Shown piece by piece: positions 49,540-59,548 of a stretch of DNA of 64,000 nucleotides. Source of the DNA: Candidatus Hydrothermarchaeum profundi (lineage in GTDB: Archaea > Hydrothermarchaeota > Hydrothermarchaeia > Hydrothermarchaeales > Hydrothermarchaeaceae); contig MTMF02000008.1 of assembly GCA_002011125.2 (NCBI GenBank), positions 71,019-135,018 of the forward strand. Direction: 5' to 3'. The position numbers and the translations under genes are program-made. Every line of letters starts with the position of its first letter. The first letter of the stretch is position 1. Below the pieces are notes generated by a model, which was given only the letters and a program-made list of their open reading frames with translations, had not been told where the DNA came from and did not search any database.

Positions 49540-49712
49540 GGAAATCTTCAAGACGAAAAAAAGGAGGTAGAGCGCCGATTTCGGCTAAGAAGCTTATCGA
49601 GATAGTCAGATATTATCGTATGGGCTACGGCTTCCACTCGACCGCCCGTAAGGCGGGTGTCTCGCCAAGCACTGTTAAGCGCTACATCCGGGAGCTCAAA
49701 GACCTCCTCTAA
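49536..49712 (+). CDS. Viral HTH protein (58 aa, not in ORF track)
   Basis: ...RMGYGFHSTARKAGVSPSTVKRYIRELKDLL. Confidence 0.7.
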   Translation: MRKSSRRKKGGRAPISAKKLIEIVRYYRMGYGFHSTARKAGVSPSTVKRYIRELKDLL

Positions 49713-50020
49713 TATGTCTTTAGCAGATAGCCAAGTATAACGCCAATAATAACCCCTATTACACCCAAGAGCCCTGATAAAAACAAGTTTATCCTCTGTT
49801 CCCTCTTTCTATCCTTCTCTCTTTCCATTAATCCTAGATAAGGAGAATTATGATCCTCTTTAACATCGCTATAACCTTTGAAATTAGGGCACCTTGGGGT
49901 GTCATCCCAGACCCTCATGTCATGCCTATAACACCAATAGTAGTCTGAAAAGGGAACAAAATATATGCAGTACTTACAATGATCCTTTTTTCCCATTATC
50001 CAGGATGCCTCCACTACCAA
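49709..50020 (-). CDS. AT-rich cargo protein (Cys cluster plus C-terminal TM)
   Basis: CKYC..C..C; hydrophobic tail. Confidence 0.55.
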   Translation of the reverse strand: MVVEASWIMGKKDHCKYCIYFVPFSDYYWCYRHDMRVWDDTPRCPNFKGYSDVKEDHNSPYLGLMEREKDRKREQRINLFLSGLLGVIGVIIGVILGYLLKTY

Positions 50021-50055
50021 CCTACTTTATGGCAACAGTCCTATAAAAAATATCT

Positions 50056-50733
50056 CTAACAATCAACCTTTTCAACTAAAAAATAAAAGGCGGCAAAGAA
50101 TGCCGTACCGAACGGAAATATTCGGAAATCTCCTTGAAATAAGAGCCCCCATCCAATATTAATTGCTATAAACAAGAGAAGAAAATAATCACTTACCCTC
50201 ATCTTTAAGAAAAAGTTCATAGGCCACTTAGTTACTTCTTTTATCCCACTCAAAAAGTCAGCCGTATCATACAACTCATATAATACTATACCCGTATCTT
50301 CATCTTTAATCTCTTTTTTATCTTTCGCTTTCAAAGTCAACCTTTTATTGAAAATACCCAGCCTCTCCTCAAGCCAATACATTCTACAACTCCTGATTTT
50401 ATTGAAAGCTGTGAGTCTTTTATCTATAAGCAATGCAATCGACATTAATAAAAGAGAAAATATGTAAGGCCCTAATAATCCTTCTAAGCATATTTGTGTA
50501 TCGCTACAGCATTTATAGTATTCTGCATATGTATTACTAATGATCACCAAGGAAGCTCCAAAAAAGACAGATATTATCACATAATTCATGCGGGTGTTTC
50601 TTTTATTCTCCTCCCTGAGTTCTTGATATTCAAACTTTAAAAGAGATATTCTTTGTTCATTATTCAAATCTTCAATATTTACATCCAAATCGTCAATATT
50701 TACGTCTTTTGATGGTTTTTTGGATTTTTTCAT
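50056..50733 (-). CDS. AT-rich cargo membrane protein
   Basis: EYQELREE followed by TM pair, further TMs. Confidence 0.65.
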   Translation of the reverse strand: MKKSKKPSKDVNIDDLDVNIEDLNNEQRISLLKFEYQELREENKRNTRMNYVIISVFFGASLVIISNTYAEYYKCCSDTQICLEGLLGPYIFSLLLMSIALLIDKRLTAFNKIRSCRMYWLEERLGIFNKRLTLKAKDKKEIKDEDTGIVLYELYDTADFLSGIKEVTKWPMNFFLKMRVSDYFLLLFIAINIGWGLLFQGDFRIFPFGTAFFAAFYFLVEKVDC

Positions 50734-50775
50734 TGGATTATTTTACTCATTTAAATATAAAAAAGATTTCCAAGG

Positions 50776-51114
50776 CTACTTTACATTGAATATATTCTTC
50801 AGCGCAACGAACATTAAAAAAGAGAGGGCTGCTCCAACCAAGGTAAAGATTCCTATATATTCTAGTACTATTATGATAAGCGGGATGGAGAGAGATGGGG
50901 GTATATTTTCTTCCCCGATTAGATCTAGCAGCACGGTGACTCCAAACCCTATAATCGCTGCTGCGAATACGATAGAAATATTAGCCAAGATCGTCTTTCT
51001 ATCCCGGCTATCAATGATCTTATCCCACTCTACTCTTTTGAAAACTAAAACTAATAGTATTAGAGGGATCGCTGATAATATGACGGCCTTAATAAGCGCC
51101 ATGACTTTTATCAC
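50776..51114 (-). CDS. AT-rich cargo 3-TM protein
   Basis: Hydrophobic segments. Confidence 0.55.
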   Translation of the reverse strand: MIKVMALIKAVILSAIPLILLVLVFKRVEWDKIIDSRDRKTILANISIVFAAAIIGFGVTVLLDLIGEENIPPSLSIPLIIIVLEYIGIFTLVGAALSFLMFVALKNIFNVK

Positions 51115-51365
51115 TATATCTGGAAGTGTAAAAAAAGATTTCTCCTAGCTTCCGAATGCTAAGTCGGATCGATGGAAGAAAGCATTATTGGTTTTTATAT
51201 ACTTGGTTGTCTTTTCTAACCCCTTCGTCCTAAGATTCTTATATGGTTTGATATTCTAACCATCTTGGAAAAAGAATTAAATTTTTCAAACATCTAGTAT
51301 TTTCCATGCCCTGTAAGAGAAAGAGAAGGAAAAGAAGGAAGAAGAGGTAAAGGTGGTGATAAGCC

Positions 51366-51626
51366 TTGGCGACCTCTGGAACAGCCATAGGAGTTGTGAT
51401 CCTACTTGCCACGCTCATGATAGGTGCGCTCATATTCACCCAGGTTGGCGAGCAAGTTGATCAACAGATCAATGAATCAGCGAACCCCGATGCACAGGCG
51501 GCCTTCGATAACATCGAGGACACGGGTTGGAATAGCCTGCAGATGCTTGCGATAAGCGCATTCGTTGCAGCAGCCGTGACGATCCTAGCCATACTCATGG
51601 TGCTAGGAAGAGGAGGCTCGATCTAA
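51366..51626 (+). CDS. Putative major capsid protein (two hydrophobic helices, spindle-virus type)
   Basis: 86 aa, hydrophobic N- and C-helices around polar linker; first gene of late block; GGTGGTGA SD. Confidence 0.7.
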   Translation: MATSGTAIGVVILLATLMIGALIFTQVGEQVDQQINESANPDAQAAFDNIEDTGWNSLQMLAISAFVAAAVTILAILMVLGRGGSI

Positions 51627-51641
51627 AATGGTCAAGCCCCC

Positions 51642-51665
51642 GCTCTCTCCTTTCTTTTTTTTATT
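51642..51665 (+). terminator. Oligo-T archaeal terminator between the capsid genes
   Basis: CTCTCTCCTTTC followed by a T-run and ATT. Confidence 0.55.
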
Positions 51666-51689
51666 AAATGGTAAAGGTGGTGATAAGCC

Positions 51690-52160
51690 TTGGCGACCTC
51701 TGGAACAGCCATAGGTGTTTTAATCCTGCTGACAACCCTGATGGTTGGAGCTCTCATCTTTTATAGCCTTGGATCTCAAACTCTTGAACAAGCCCTTGAC
51801 GAGGTAGTTGGCGAAGTAGTTGGAACCGCTAACGGAACTGGGTACCTGTCGGCTTCGCTGGCGCATGGAAGCATTGATCCAGGGAGTGAGACGATCTACT
51901 GTAATGACACGCCTACTTCGAGCTACACTCTAACGTATAGTACTGGGGCGATAGTGGTTGATGGAAGCGATTGCGCTAACGATGTCGTGGAAGCAGATTA
52001 CAGCTATCAGGGTACCGCATACTCGAATATGGAGCAGATCGAGGACACGGGTTGGAATAGCCTGCAGATGCTTGCGATAAGCGCATTCGTTGCAGCAGCC
52101 GTGACGATCCTAGCCATACTCATGGTGCTAGGAAGAGGAGGAAGATCTGGGGGGCTCTAA
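51690..52160 (+). CDS. Capsid paralog with ~70-aa beta-rich insertion
   Basis: Same N/C termini as 51366 gene; insert GEVVGTANG..HGSIDPGSETIY..YSTGAIVV..VEADYSY. Confidence 0.7.
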   Translation: MATSGTAIGVLILLTTLMVGALIFYSLGSQTLEQALDEVVGEVVGTANGTGYLSASLAHGSIDPGSETIYCNDTPTSSYTLTYSTGAIVVDGSDCANDVVEADYSYQGTAYSNMEQIEDTGWNSLQMLAISAFVAAAVTILAILMVLGRGGRSGGL

Positions 52161-52162
52161 AG

Positions 52163-52471
52163 TTGATCATCGAGCTCTACTATCTCTTTTTTTTTATTTC
52201 AACGGTCCTCGGGGTAGTAGCAGTTGTTAGCCCGCTTGGAAGCAGCAGCCAAAAGATCAGCAGCCCCATAGCCTTCGTACTATTCACAGCGCTAGGAATG
52301 CAGAGCTTCGACATAAAACGTGTCTACGTCCTAGAGGTCAACCAGACTCTGATGCAGCATATAACCACGATCAGCGATACCTCATTCGCCTACGTCTGCT
52401 ATGGCCTGGCTGTTATCATGTTTGTGATCGCCTTCGTAAGCAACTTATTGGTCTTGAGGGAGGTTGAGTAG
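52163..52471 (+). CDS. Viral 3-TM protein
   Basis: Hydrophobic segments. Confidence 0.6.
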   Translation: MIIELYYLFFFISTVLGVVAVVSPLGSSSQKISSPIAFVLFTALGMQSFDIKRVYVLEVNQTLMQHITTISDTSFAYVCYGLAVIMFVIAFVSNLLVLREVE

Positions 52472-52473
52472 AG

Positions 52474-52914
52474 TTGGATAAGGAGGATATAAAGAACATC
52501 GAGAAGATCCGGGAAGTTCAAAGAGAAAAGGCGCAGAGTGATCTACCTTTTAACTCGTATATCTACTCGGCTATACCGATTGGGGCCGACCCGCATGTGC
52601 AGAGGGAGTACTGGGCTTTCGTGAATAAGCAGCTTGCCCTTGCGAACCACACAGGCGATGACGTGGAAAGCATACTTAACCGGCTCAGGATCATAGATCT
52701 TGAGACTAAGTCAAAGCTTAGGCGATATGAGTTAAGGAGCTTTGAGAAGGTCAACCGGGGGAACTACTCGAATACCAGGGTTTTCGTTCAAAGCCTTGCC
52801 AGCCTTGGAAAGGATATGGCTTTGATCAAGGAGATGGGTAAGAGCCGTAAGGAGATAACGGTTGAGGATAAGCCGCCGGAGCCTAAGCTTAGGAAGATAC
52901 GGATAGGGGGATGA
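52474..52914 (+). CDS. Viral hypothetical protein
   Basis: SD, operon position. Confidence 0.6.
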   Translation: MDKEDIKNIEKIREVQREKAQSDLPFNSYIYSAIPIGADPHVQREYWAFVNKQLALANHTGDDVESILNRLRIIDLETKSKLRRYELRSFEKVNRGNYSNTRVFVQSLASLGKDMALIKEMGKSRKEITVEDKPPEPKLRKIRIGG

Positions 52915-53693
52915 TGGCCTTGGCTAGCTGGATACTCGAGCATTATGCTGCTATACTTGCCGTCTCGATAGTCTTTCATGGCCTAGGTATAGCCTTCCTG
53001 GTAGTGCTCTGGAAGCTTCATCCCGGCTTTCTGAAGCATGTCATGGCGAAGCTCCGGGGGAAGGACTTCGTTTTTGTCATGAGAAGTGACCGTAAGATGG
53101 GTTTTCTCCCGGCGGAATACCGGGAGGGAGACCTGCATACGGCTATGGGAAGCTTTTCGGCTGAGCCTGACGACATGGGTGTATATGAGGGGATCCCAAC
53201 GGCGATAGCTTACGCCCCGTATGCCAGGTCATTGAACCCTAAGGCGCTGGTGGCCCTGCGGAAGATAAGGCGGCTGGGTATTGACAACTACCATGACCTA
53301 ATCCGCATCCTATACATCGACTTGGAGAAGCTTAAGGAAAAAGGGGAGATCAAGGAGGAAGAGGCCCAGGAGATCCTGAAGCTTAGAAAAGAGCTCGGGG
53401 AGCTTGACGGGAAGATCCTGAACGACCTCGAGGTCATCAGGGTCAACGATGTGATCAACTTCCTTGAGGAGGACAACCCGATCATCAAGGATGCAAAGAT
53501 CGAGAGAGAGGTAACCGATGAACTGCGGAAGATAAGGAACCCGATAACCCGGCTTATGCCCTATGTCTTCATGTTCATGATGGTGATGATGGCTGCTGCG
53601 ATAGCCTTCGCTATAATCCAGACAGTTGGAGGGGGGAAGGGAGAAGACCAGATTATTAAGGAATCTACAACGGCTGCTTTGAAGGTGGGATAA
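52911..53693 (+). CDS. Viral protein with N- and C-terminal TM anchors
   Basis: Two terminal hydrophobic helices. Confidence 0.65.
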   Translation: MMALASWILEHYAAILAVSIVFHGLGIAFLVVLWKLHPGFLKHVMAKLRGKDFVFVMRSDRKMGFLPAEYREGDLHTAMGSFSAEPDDMGVYEGIPTAIAYAPYARSLNPKALVALRKIRRLGIDNYHDLIRILYIDLEKLKEKGEIKEEEAQEILKLRKELGELDGKILNDLEVIRVNDVINFLEEDNPIIKDAKIEREVTDELRKIRNPITRLMPYVFMFMMVMMAAAIAFAIIQTVGGGKGEDQIIKESTTAALKVG

Positions 53694-53696
53694 GAA

Positions 53697-55646
53697 ATGG
53701 GTGAATGGGGAACTGAACTGGATGCTCCGGCATGGGTAAAGGCCTTCAAAGAAGATCCTACTGGAAGGCTGACCAGGATCATAGTTCAATATCGTTATGG
53801 ACGTGGACAGCATGGAACAGCGACACCACGGGAGTTAACCGTTGAAGAAGCCAAGGAGACCCCGGAGTATCGATCCAAGGATGTTCCTAAGCTTAAGGTT
53901 GACCCGGTAACTGGGGAGGAAATGGTTTATGATCCTAAGACCGGGGTGACATATAGCCGGGAGGCCTGGGAAAACAAGCAGGTCCGGGACTTCGTCCAGG
54001 AGGTAAAAGAAAAGACTGGAACTGAGCCTACGCCGGAGGAGATAAAGGAGTTCAAGGAGAAAGGAGAGGTAACGATAAGACGCCAGAGGCTCTATTTAGC
54101 ATCGCCTTTCCCACCAGCACCAGAGGAGGAAAAAAAGCTCATTATAAGGGGCGAGCAGGTTTTGAGGAAAAAGGGTGAAGAGACTGAGACATTAATTCTT
54201 AAACCCGACATATCGGGTCCTTCTTGGTATGATAGGCCAGCCGGGGCCCAGCCGACCACGCCAACTTTTTCGCCGGAGTGGGAAAAATATTGGGACGAGA
54301 GGGCTGCTATAAGGAGAGAGCTTGAGAAGCAGACGCTTGAAGTAGCAGCCGAGGTTGCTGGAAGCATGGCGGTTGGAGCATTAGTGGGGCTTCCGATAGG
54401 AGTGGCTAGCAAGATCTCGGTTCCCTTTGCAAAAGGATTAGCTGTTGGCGCTACTGGAGCAGGTGCAGCGGTGCTTGGGAAAGAAGTTAAGAAGGACATA
54501 GAGGCTGGGAAGACGGAGAAAGCGGTTCAGGATGTCTTACTCTTTGGGATCGGAGGCTTAGGAGCAGTACCAGGCTACAGGGCTGGAGCTAAGATCGGGA
54601 GCATAATGAGAGGCGCTCCAACTATCAGGCTGGTTGAAGGTAAGCTCACTTATAAGGGCCAGCAGGTGACCTCGGAGTGGTTGAAGGCTCAAGTAGAGAG
54701 AAAGCCAGCAAGGGTCGAGTCTGTTGATATAGAGCCTACTGGGGAAGGATCCTTGAAGGGGATTGAGCTAGGATATGCAAAAACCAGGACCCTAAAGGTT
54801 GATAGAGACATAATGGTCCAGGTGGAGGACCTGGTTCCTTCAAGGACTGTTGAAACAGGCTTCCCCATGGAGGCAACGCTTAGAGAAGTAAAGATTGGTG
54901 AACCAGAGTATAGGGAGGTTAAGGTAACAGGCCATAAGATCGTTACGGAGAAGGGAGAGCTAAGAAACCTGCTTGCTGAGAAAAGAGTGAGGACAGAAAG
55001 AGAGGGAGAAATTAGTGCAACCGTTGAGGAAAGGAGGACCATCCCGGATATACCTGGTGAGAGGAGTAAGATCATACATGAAGTCAATGTTGGGAAGGCT
55101 AAGGAGGGAGGGCTAGCTGAACAGGTCGGTAGAGAGAGGTTTAGGTATAAGCCTATCATTACTGAGGGCCTAGGAGAAAAGGCATGGTTCAAGAACCTTT
55201 ATTCAAGCTTACCGTTATCATTCTTTAGGGCAAGGTCCTTTACAGGGCCTCAAGAGAAAACACCGGAGTTAGACCTAGATCTACAGGATATTTCCATCCT
55301 TCAAAGAGAAGACCTAACAGAACTGGAGCAACAGGACACCCTTAAACTTCAGAGAGAGGACCTAATAGCCGATCTAGGTCTATCTGATATTGTTATCAGC
55401 CTTCAAAGAGCTAGTCTAATACCGTCAGCGAAGGCGATAGAAACCCCTTTCCAGGAGACCCCTGTAGAGCCAAGGACTCCGGTGGCTCCGGAGGTTATCC
55501 CTGAACTCCTCGAAACCGAGCTAGGCTTTGGAGGAAGGAGACGTGGGTCAAAAGGCCGGGGTGGAATGAGGGTAGCGAAGATCTACAACATCGAGAACGC
55601 CTTCGCAACACCGGAACAATTCCTTAGAAAGATCTTAGGGGGGTGA
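53697..55646 (+). CDS. Large viral protein with central Gly/Ala-rich hydrophobic segments
   Basis: 649 aa; VAGSMAVGALVGLPIG / LFGIGGLGAVPG. Confidence 0.65.
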   Translation: MGEWGTELDAPAWVKAFKEDPTGRLTRIIVQYRYGRGQHGTATPRELTVEEAKETPEYRSKDVPKLKVDPVTGEEMVYDPKTGVTYSREAWENKQVRDFVQEVKEKTGTEPTPEEIKEFKEKGEVTIRRQRLYLASPFPPAPEEEKKLIIRGEQVLRKKGEETETLILKPDISGPSWYDRPAGAQPTTPTFSPEWEKYWDERAAIRRELEKQTLEVAAEVAGSMAVGALVGLPIGVASKISVPFAKGLAVGATGAGAAVLGKEVKKDIEAGKTEKAVQDVLLFGIGGLGAVPGYRAGAKIGSIMRGAPTIRLVEGKLTYKGQQVTSEWLKAQVERKPARVESVDIEPTGEGSLKGIELGYAKTRTLKVDRDIMVQVEDLVPSRTVETGFPMEATLREVKIGEPEYREVKVTGHKIVTEKGELRNLLAEKRVRTEREGEISATVEERRTIPDIPGERSKIIHEVNVGKAKEGGLAEQVGRERFRYKPIITEGLGEKAWFKNLYSSLPLSFFRARSFTGPQEKTPELDLDLQDISILQREDLTELEQQDTLKLQREDLIADLGLSDIVISLQRASLIPSAKAIETPFQETPVEPRTPVAPEVIPELLETELGFGGRRRGSKGRGGMRVAKIYNIENAFATPEQFLRKILGG

Positions 55647-55655
55647 AAAGGGAAA

Positions 55656-55913
55656 TTGGGTGCAATAAAAGTATGGGTAACCGTACTAGTCGGCTGGTTC
55701 ATCCTTGGAGCAGCATATCTTTTCATGGAGCCAATGTTCGCAATGATCTCCAATATTGCCTTGCAAAACGGGGTTGACAGGGCATACCTGGATCTTATAG
55801 AGAAGATGTTCGAGTACTCGCCTATACTGATGGCGGTCTCGCTCCTCATATATGGCATCATAGGGAGCATTCGGAGTGAGGAAGGATCCCAGACAATATA
55901 CCAGAGGTGGTGA
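55656..55913 (+). CDS. Viral 2-TM protein
   Basis: Two hydrophobic helices. Confidence 0.6.
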   Translation: MGAIKVWVTVLVGWFILGAAYLFMEPMFAMISNIALQNGVDRAYLDLIEKMFEYSPILMAVSLLIYGIIGSIRSEEGSQTIYQRW

Positions 55914-58657
55914 AGCCCTTGCGGAGGCTGCTATTGTTCACGCTTGTGTTGCTTGCGGTAAAGATAGACTTAGCCGGTGCTCTTCCCAGCGAATGCTCTG
56001 GGGCAAGCTATTACGCTCATTATAAGATCAATAATACCGGTGGGGGAAGCCTGACGGATTACCCTGTGTTCTTCAACATTACTCGTGAGGCTCACATGCC
56101 AACTAATGCCTCGAATGGGCTTTGTTTCGCTGTGGATAGTGGAGGTTCTGAGGTCTTTGTCCCTTATTTTGTCGAAGAAGACACTAGCTCCTATATAGAG
56201 GGCTACGTGAATGTTTCAAGCCTCCCTGCTTCCTCTGAGGTCGAGCTCTATGTCTACTATAATACTTCTAACGAGGCCGTTGGGTGGGCTAACATGTTCT
56301 ACTTCTATGACGATGCCTCGGTTGATAGGTCTTCAGAATACTCCATTTCTCTCGGTAGCGGACACAGTTTCGGCTGGGATAGCGCAGGATACTACTATAT
56401 CTCTGGCACCGGTAATAGTGTAACTACGGTTTATCACCCAACAGATATCCCAGACAACTTTACCATGGAGTACAGTATACTAGGTGTTGGTGATGGCAAT
56501 AGCAGAGACAATCTACTTGGTGTAATTAATGACCACTACCCAAGTAGGACAGATTACATAGAGTTTGGTTTGCATCACCAAGCTAATCAATATTTTTATA
56601 GAACTGATGAAAGTGGTGGAAGTTTCTCAGGAAGCTTCACGGATGGCGTTTGGTATAACTTAAAGATAGTTGCATGGAATGGTGTGGCTAAGTTCTATGT
56701 CGATGGCTCTTACTTAGACTCGCTTACCGCTGAAAAGAACAATAGATACTATCCAGCAGCAGAATACTATCCTTACATCACTACAGGAACAACCTATATG
56801 CGTTGGAAGAATGTTAAAGTAAGGAAGTACGCAGAGCCAGATCCGAACGTCTACAAGGTGAGCGGTGAACAAGTAGTAGCAAATGTAACGCAGTTCACTA
56901 TATATTCCCCAACAAACTACTCACTAAATAATCATAATGTTTCTATTAATATTGAATATCTGAATACCTATGGCCTAGAGTGGGTGAAGTACTCGGTAAA
57001 CGGGTCGAATTCTTCAACCTATAACCTCTCTTTTGAGTATGAGGACCCCAGTCAGGCGAACTATACGGAGAGCGGAACCGGAACATGGGCTAACTCCAGC
57101 TATGGCTATGACGGTGACTGGGATACCTATGCAACAATAGGAACTGACTGGCCGAATAATGTCTATCTTTATGTCTATGAGAATTATACCGGGTATAGCG
57201 GGTATTATGCTGATTATACGGCTACATGGCGGTTTAAGTTTGGAGACAATGGTAACTCTGGAAGCGTTAAGGCGCAATGCTTTGACGGCTCAGGCTGGAA
57301 TACCCTGTATGACAGCGGGACAATAGAGAAGCCCGGCTATGGTAAAACTGTTGATGTTGATCTTCCCTTGGGATGCCTGCTGGATCCGATTCAGATTAGA
57401 ACCGTGCTTTGGAGCCAGCAGGTCATGGGCTACCAGAGGTATTATGAGGGGATGCTTATCTTCCATAGTCCAACCGAATATAATCTCACGGACTCAACGA
57501 TCCTGGGTCAAGGGTTTTATGAGCTCGTGGCCTGGGCAAACGATACAAATGGGGATATAAGGAGCAGCGACCCGGTATATTTCTATGTCGGGCAAGCGAA
57601 TGCTACTATAAGAGTTCTTGACGAGATAAGCCTGGACACGGTGGGCTTTGATGTTCCGATAAACGTTTTTAACGCAACGAGCTTCGAGCTTATAGCGAAT
57701 GTAACCGCTGTAGGCGGGGAAGCCAATCTCCTTATACCGGATGATCCCGTTTACTTCCAAGCCGGTGATGTAAACGATACAAGCAATCCCTACATTAGGA
57801 GATACTATCTTGATGCTGAGCCCTCTAACGTAACGGTTGATATCCTGTTTCCGGTTGGAGACGTGGTTAACACCATATTTGTTTTGAACGACTATACCGG
57901 GAGGTTTGGTAGCTCTAACATTAAGGTTAAGAAGTACATACAGAATAACCTGACAACCGTTGACTGGAACTTTTTCGACATCGAGGATAAGAGCAGCCAT
58001 TACTTCCTTAAGAACCATAATTATCAGATCTACCTTGATAACGGAGTAGAGGAGAGAAGCCTAGGATGGTTCACGCCAGTACAGGACTCCATCACCAGCC
58101 TAGTGGTATCTGATATCGAGGTTAACGCTATTGCTAATGACTGGCTTAACTACTCCTTCAAGGCCGAGAATGAGACAGGCCTCATAGAATTTGTCTGGAA
58201 TAGCAGCATACCGGTCAGCAGGGTTGAGCTCTGGATAAACTATACGAATGGAACCCTGGTAGCCTATTATTCACAGACCGCAGACCTTGGGAGCATAACG
58301 CACTATGTTGACAACGGCTATAACTATATCGTGAGGTATAGGGTTGAAGCTGTTTCCGGGGAAGTATTTGATCCGATTATTCCCGTGGTCTTCGTGAAAA
58401 GCATTCCAAGCCTTTTCTACCCCTTGCCGAGTGGCTGGACATGGCTCTATGGTGCTTTTAGCGTTGGCATGATAATACTCATATGTATCGCTTTTAGCCG
58501 TGAAAACGCTGAGATAGCAGCGGTGCTAAGCGTGGGGGTCGCCGGGTTCTTCTATTATATTGACTGGCTCCCGGTGAGCGGGTTGGCGATAGCCCTTGCA
58601 GCTATCGTTGCGGTGTTCGGGTACATGGAGAGAAGCCGTAAGGGGGTTGAGAAATGA
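55907..58657 (+). CDS. Secreted membrane-anchored glycoprotein with DUF2341 and lectin-like domains (adhesin/tail)
   Basis: Signal peptide; INNTGGGSLTDYPV..VPYFVE..VNVSSLPA..LYVYY; >20 N-x-S/T sequons; C-terminal TMs. Confidence 0.75.
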   Translation: MVKPLRRLLLFTLVLLAVKIDLAGALPSECSGASYYAHYKINNTGGGSLTDYPVFFNITREAHMPTNASNGLCFAVDSGGSEVFVPYFVEEDTSSYIEGYVNVSSLPASSEVELYVYYNTSNEAVGWANMFYFYDDASVDRSSEYSISLGSGHSFGWDSAGYYYISGTGNSVTTVYHPTDIPDNFTMEYSILGVGDGNSRDNLLGVINDHYPSRTDYIEFGLHHQANQYFYRTDESGGSFSGSFTDGVWYNLKIVAWNGVAKFYVDGSYLDSLTAEKNNRYYPAAEYYPYITTGTTYMRWKNVKVRKYAEPDPNVYKVSGEQVVANVTQFTIYSPTNYSLNNHNVSINIEYLNTYGLEWVKYSVNGSNSSTYNLSFEYEDPSQANYTESGTGTWANSSYGYDGDWDTYATIGTDWPNNVYLYVYENYTGYSGYYADYTATWRFKFGDNGNSGSVKAQCFDGSGWNTLYDSGTIEKPGYGKTVDVDLPLGCLLDPIQIRTVLWSQQVMGYQRYYEGMLIFHSPTEYNLTDSTILGQGFYELVAWANDTNGDIRSSDPVYFYVGQANATIRVLDEISLDTVGFDVPINVFNATSFELIANVTAVGGEANLLIPDDPVYFQAGDVNDTSNPYIRRYYLDAEPSNVTVDILFPVGDVVNTIFVLNDYTGRFGSSNIKVKKYIQNNLTTVDWNFFDIEDKSSHYFLKNHNYQIYLDNGVEERSLGWFTPVQDSITSLVVSDIEVNAIANDWLNYSFKAENETGLIEFVWNSSIPVSRVELWINYTNGTLVAYYSQTADLGSITHYVDNGYNYIVRYRVEAVSGEVFDPIIPVVFVKSIPSLFYPLPSGWTWLYGAFSVGMIILICIAFSRENAEIAAVLSVGVAGFFYYIDWLPVSGLAIALAAIVAVFGYMERSRKGVEK

Positions 58658-59019
58658 GCCTGCTTCATAAGTATATAACGGTCACGATCATAATTAGCCT
58701 GTCCTTTAACCTGGTGAATCTCACGGGGATATTCCAGTTTGAGCAAAGCGTTCCACTTCAAATAAACTACCAAGGCGAATGGGATAGCCTGAAGACCTAT
58801 CTTGAGGATCCAGGTATTTTCGACTATTTTAAGGCACTGGGCTTCCTCACGGTTCAAGGGCTAGCCCTTATATTCAAGTTTGCAGTCAGCCTTTTCACGA
58901 TCTACTATGACATAATGAGGGCCTTCATGATACCGGAGGCCATGGCTTTCACGATACAGGCTAGCCTAGATCTACTGGTATTCCTTGGAATCGCTTATAC
59001 GGTGCGTGGGGGTGGATAA
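58654..59019 (+). CDS. Viral membrane protein
   Basis: Hydrophobic; ATGA overlap. Confidence 0.6.
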   Translation: MSLLHKYITVTIIISLSFNLVNLTGIFQFEQSVPLQINYQGEWDSLKTYLEDPGIFDYFKALGFLTVQGLALIFKFAVSLFTIYYDIMRAFMIPEAMAFTIQASLDLLVFLGIAYTVRGGG

Positions 59020-59025
59020 AGGATT

Positions 59026-59367
59026 ATGGCTTTCTACAACTTGACCAACACCACTTTCTATTTTAATGCCAGCGAGATGGGGATCGTTCAGAACTGGAGT
59101 AACATGAGCAGCCCAAACGAATACCTCTATCCGATGTTATGGTGGGAGACAAGCCTAGGAAGCATGTTTTGGCTGCTGCTATTCTTCAGCATGGTATCGA
59201 TAGTCTTTGTTAAGACCAAGAGCATGGTGACCACTAGCGTCGTGGTGATCTTCCTTAGCAGCCTGATGATCCTCCGGCTCCCAGATACTGCTCAGATGAT
59301 CGCATACTTTGCCCTCGTAATGGGGGTATTCGGAGTGCTCTACAAGATCCTTGTTGGAAGGGGATGA
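59026..59367 (+). CDS. Viral membrane glycoprotein
   Basis: Five sequons in first 30 aa, 3 TMs. Confidence 0.6.
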   Translation: MAFYNLTNTTFYFNASEMGIVQNWSNMSSPNEYLYPMLWWETSLGSMFWLLLFFSMVSIVFVKTKSMVTTSVVVIFLSSLMILRLPDTAQMIAYFALVMGVFGVLYKILVGRG

Positions 59368-59544
59368 ATGGTGGACGACTACCTGGTGATAATAGGTAAG
59401 GAAGCGCTACCCGCCACGAGGGATAACCTGCTCCTCTTGAAGAGGAGGAGCGGGCTGGTGATAGAGAGGTCTGGTAAGAGGCTCTATAAGGTTAAGAACG
59501 GTGTCCCGGATCCTGAGGTGATAATAAGGGCGCTGCTGGGGTGA
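59368..59544 (+). CDS. Viral 58-aa protein (not in ORF track)
   Basis: MVDDYLVIIGKEALPATRDN...RALLG fills the gap exactly. Confidence 0.5.
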   Translation: MVDDYLVIIGKEALPATRDNLLLLKRRSGLVIERSGKRLYKVKNGVPDPEVIIRALLG

Positions 59545-59548
59545 TATA

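Larger units (their letters stand above)
51346..52141 (+). repeat. Perfect direct repeats shared by the two capsid genes
   Basis: 46 bp at 51346-51391 and 51670-51715; 104 bp at 51513-51616 and 52038-52141. Confidence 0.95.

Noticed and set aside
51513-52141. Diversity-generating retroelement TR/VR pair
   Set aside because: Repeats are identical with no adenine-specific mismatches, and no reverse transcriptase is present
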